Source: a virus
Taxonomy: Duplodnaviria; Caudoviricetes
IMG/VR virus record: IMGVR_UViG_3300012665_001002
Span: 1 to 27,874 of that record
Strand: one strand, 5' to 3'
DNA length: 27,874 nucleotides
Below are positions 26,485 to 27,874 of the stretch, in pieces (position 1 is the stretch's first letter; the number at the start of each line of letters is the position of its first letter). The position numbers and the translations under genes are program-made. The notes beneath the pieces are model-generated. The model saw only the letters and a list, made by a program, of their open reading frames with translations, was not told the DNA's origin and did no database searches.

Positions 26485-27033
26485 ATGAGTTTATCAGCAT
26501 GTTATATTACTTCTAATATCTGCAAAGGATGTAGAGACAATGTCGGTGGTATTCAAGCCGCATATGTAATAGCTGGTTGTGTAACTGGTACAACAGTAGA
26601 TGGCGAAGGTAAGATTCTTACAATCGGAGCTACAGGTGGTACAGTTTATAGTTATGTGTTTGAAAAGAATACAAGTACTTATGTTGAAGCTATCAACGCT
26701 TCAATAGAGAATGGTACAGTATTCTATCAGCAAGATTTGACTATGGTATTCTTTAAGCTTCAACAAGCTATTAGAAACCAATTAAGATTACTTGCTCAGA
26801 ACACTAACTTGAAAGTGATAGTTGAAACAAATAATGGTTCTTATTGGTATTTAGGTGAAACCTTTGGTATGACCCTAAGTGCTGGTAGTGGTGAATCAGG
26901 AACAGCTTATGGAGACAGAAATGGTTATTCAGTAACCTTGACTGGTCTTGAAGCTGAACCAGCTAGAGAACTAGCTAACCCACTTGACGAAACATTTGTT
27001 AATCTAACACTTGATTCTTGCACAGCTTGCTAA
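26485..27033 (+). CDS. Major tail tube protein (putative)
   Basis: CRDNVGGI, ENGTVFYQQDL and GTAYGDRNGYSVTLTG; follows the capsid gene and precedes a terminator. Confidence 0.7.
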   Translation: MSLSACYITSNICKGCRDNVGGIQAAYVIAGCVTGTTVDGEGKILTIGATGGTVYSYVFEKNTSTYVEAINASIENGTVFYQQDLTMVFFKLQQAIRNQLRLLAQNTNLKVIVETNNGSYWYLGETFGMTLSAGSGESGTAYGDRNGYSVTLTGLEAEPARELANPLDETFVNLTLDSCTAC

Positions 27034-27044
27034 GATAAAAATAT

Positions 27045-27082
27045 AAATGAAGGGGGTGTAATAGCCCCCTTTATTTTAATTT
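27045..27082 (+). terminator. Intrinsic terminator after capsid and tail tube
   Basis: AAGGGGGT-GTAATA-GCCCCCTT followed by a T-rich tail. Confidence 0.8.
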
Positions 27083-27092
27083 AACAAAGATT

Positions 27093-27818
27093 ATGGCTAA
27101 AACTTGGGGAATTCCTGGAAAAAGACAAACTTATTTATCACCTGGCGAGCAAATTGCAAAAATGCCGAAGGTGCCTTTGAATGCAAACCCGCTACAATCG
27201 TGGGACTACAAAAAATCTAAATATAGAAGAATTGATTTGTTTCCAAAGGCAGTTTCAGAAAACACGCAACAAGGTGGGGTAGTTGGACTTCCTTCATCTG
27301 CGCCAACTCCTGCTATTTGTTCTGTAATAACTTTTTCCACAATTGGAGATGTTGACCCAGTATTTCAATTTACAGATTGTAATGGAGTCACACATCAATT
27401 TAATGGTCCTCAAGGTTTTTCAGGCGACTACTGTGGTGACTTTAGTTCAGCCTCTGTTGTTTCAGGAGATGGTAGTGTGGTAGATAATGGCGAATGTTCT
27501 GACCCAACACAATATAATCCAATTTTGATTAGTTTGGGTTATAATGCATCTACACCACTTAATTCATGCTCTGCTTCAACAATAACTTATTACTTACTAC
27601 CGAATAGTTTATTAGAAATAGGAACTACAATATACACAGATTATTCACTTGATTCATCATTTTATGCTCCTGACGGTTATTATTCTGATGGAACTGATGT
27701 TTATGAAGTATCAGATGGAGTAGGTCAGATAATATCAATACAAACTTGTAATCCTGAGTTATGGAATACAAACTCCATTGATTGGAATAATGAAAGTGGA
27801 ACTTGGAATACAATTTAA
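27093..27818 (+). CDS. Putative virion decoration protein with Cys modules
   Basis: Basic N-terminus, QQGGVVG, FTDCNG and APDGYYSDG modules, C-terminal WN repeats. Confidence 0.6.
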   Translation: MAKTWGIPGKRQTYLSPGEQIAKMPKVPLNANPLQSWDYKKSKYRRIDLFPKAVSENTQQGGVVGLPSSAPTPAICSVITFSTIGDVDPVFQFTDCNGVTHQFNGPQGFSGDYCGDFSSASVVSGDGSVVDNGECSDPTQYNPILISLGYNASTPLNSCSASTITYYLLPNSLLEIGTTIYTDYSLDSSFYAPDGYYSDGTDVYEVSDGVGQIISIQTCNPELWNTNSIDWNNESGTWNTI

Positions 27819-27827
27819 TTATAAATT

Positions 27828-27874
27828 ATGGCAACATTATCAGGACAAACAATACAATCTACTTATCAGGGTTT
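27828..27874 (+). CDS. 5' end of the junction-spanning gene (continues at 36..768)
   Basis: ATG GCA ACA TTA TCA GGA... is in frame with base 1. Confidence 0.85.
   Translation, partial: MATLSGQTIQSTYQG
27840..27874. repeat. Terminal overlap, right copy
   Basis: Identical to 1-35. Confidence 0.97.

Noticed and set aside
2158-27813. Minus-strand ORFs and short nested + strand ORFs in the track (e.g. 2158-2502, 7940-8362, 19320-19712, 24933-25307, 13896-14105)
   Set aside because: All shadow longer, motif-bearing + strand genes and have no recognisable features; the VG-rich ORF is just the antisense of the P/T linker.
27840-27874. 35-bp end repeat as a biological direct terminal repeat
   Set aside because: It falls mid-gene and is the size of an assembler overlap; it shows circularity, not packaging termini.
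1-27874. Stop-codon reassignment, tRNAs, DGR or retron
   Set aside because: Genes tile densely in the standard code with all three stops in use; no cloverleaf or reverse transcriptase motifs were seen.

Overview
The window looks like one complete, circularly assembled, AT-rich tailed dsDNA phage genome. Bases 1-35 equal 27840-27874, so the unit length is 27,839 bp, and one gene reads through the junction. All credible genes are on the + strand. A Bacteroidota host is inferred from the near absence of Shine-Dalgarno motifs, A-rich start regions and TTTG-N19-TAnnTTT(G/A) promoters. A small early module (about 3.9-7.8 kb) holds a Zn-finger protein, a DUF6291-type replication initiator with four internal 22-bp-spaced iterons, a NUMOD4-HNH nuclease, a sigma-like factor and a small HTH protein. 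Packaging and virion genes follow: TerS, an adenine MTase, TerL, a -1 frameshifted chaperone-like pair, tail proteins, Pro/Thr-linker beta-propeller proteins, tape measure, an XkdF-like protease with inserted modules, scaffold, capsid, tail tube, portal and adaptor. No endolysin, integrase, polymerase, helicase or primase is recognisable. The most notable unexplained element is a predicted two-hairpin kissing-loop RNA, with an AGUA/GAA loop-E motif and a U-tract, directly upstream of the replication initiator. All family assignments are by eye from motifs; no searches were run.
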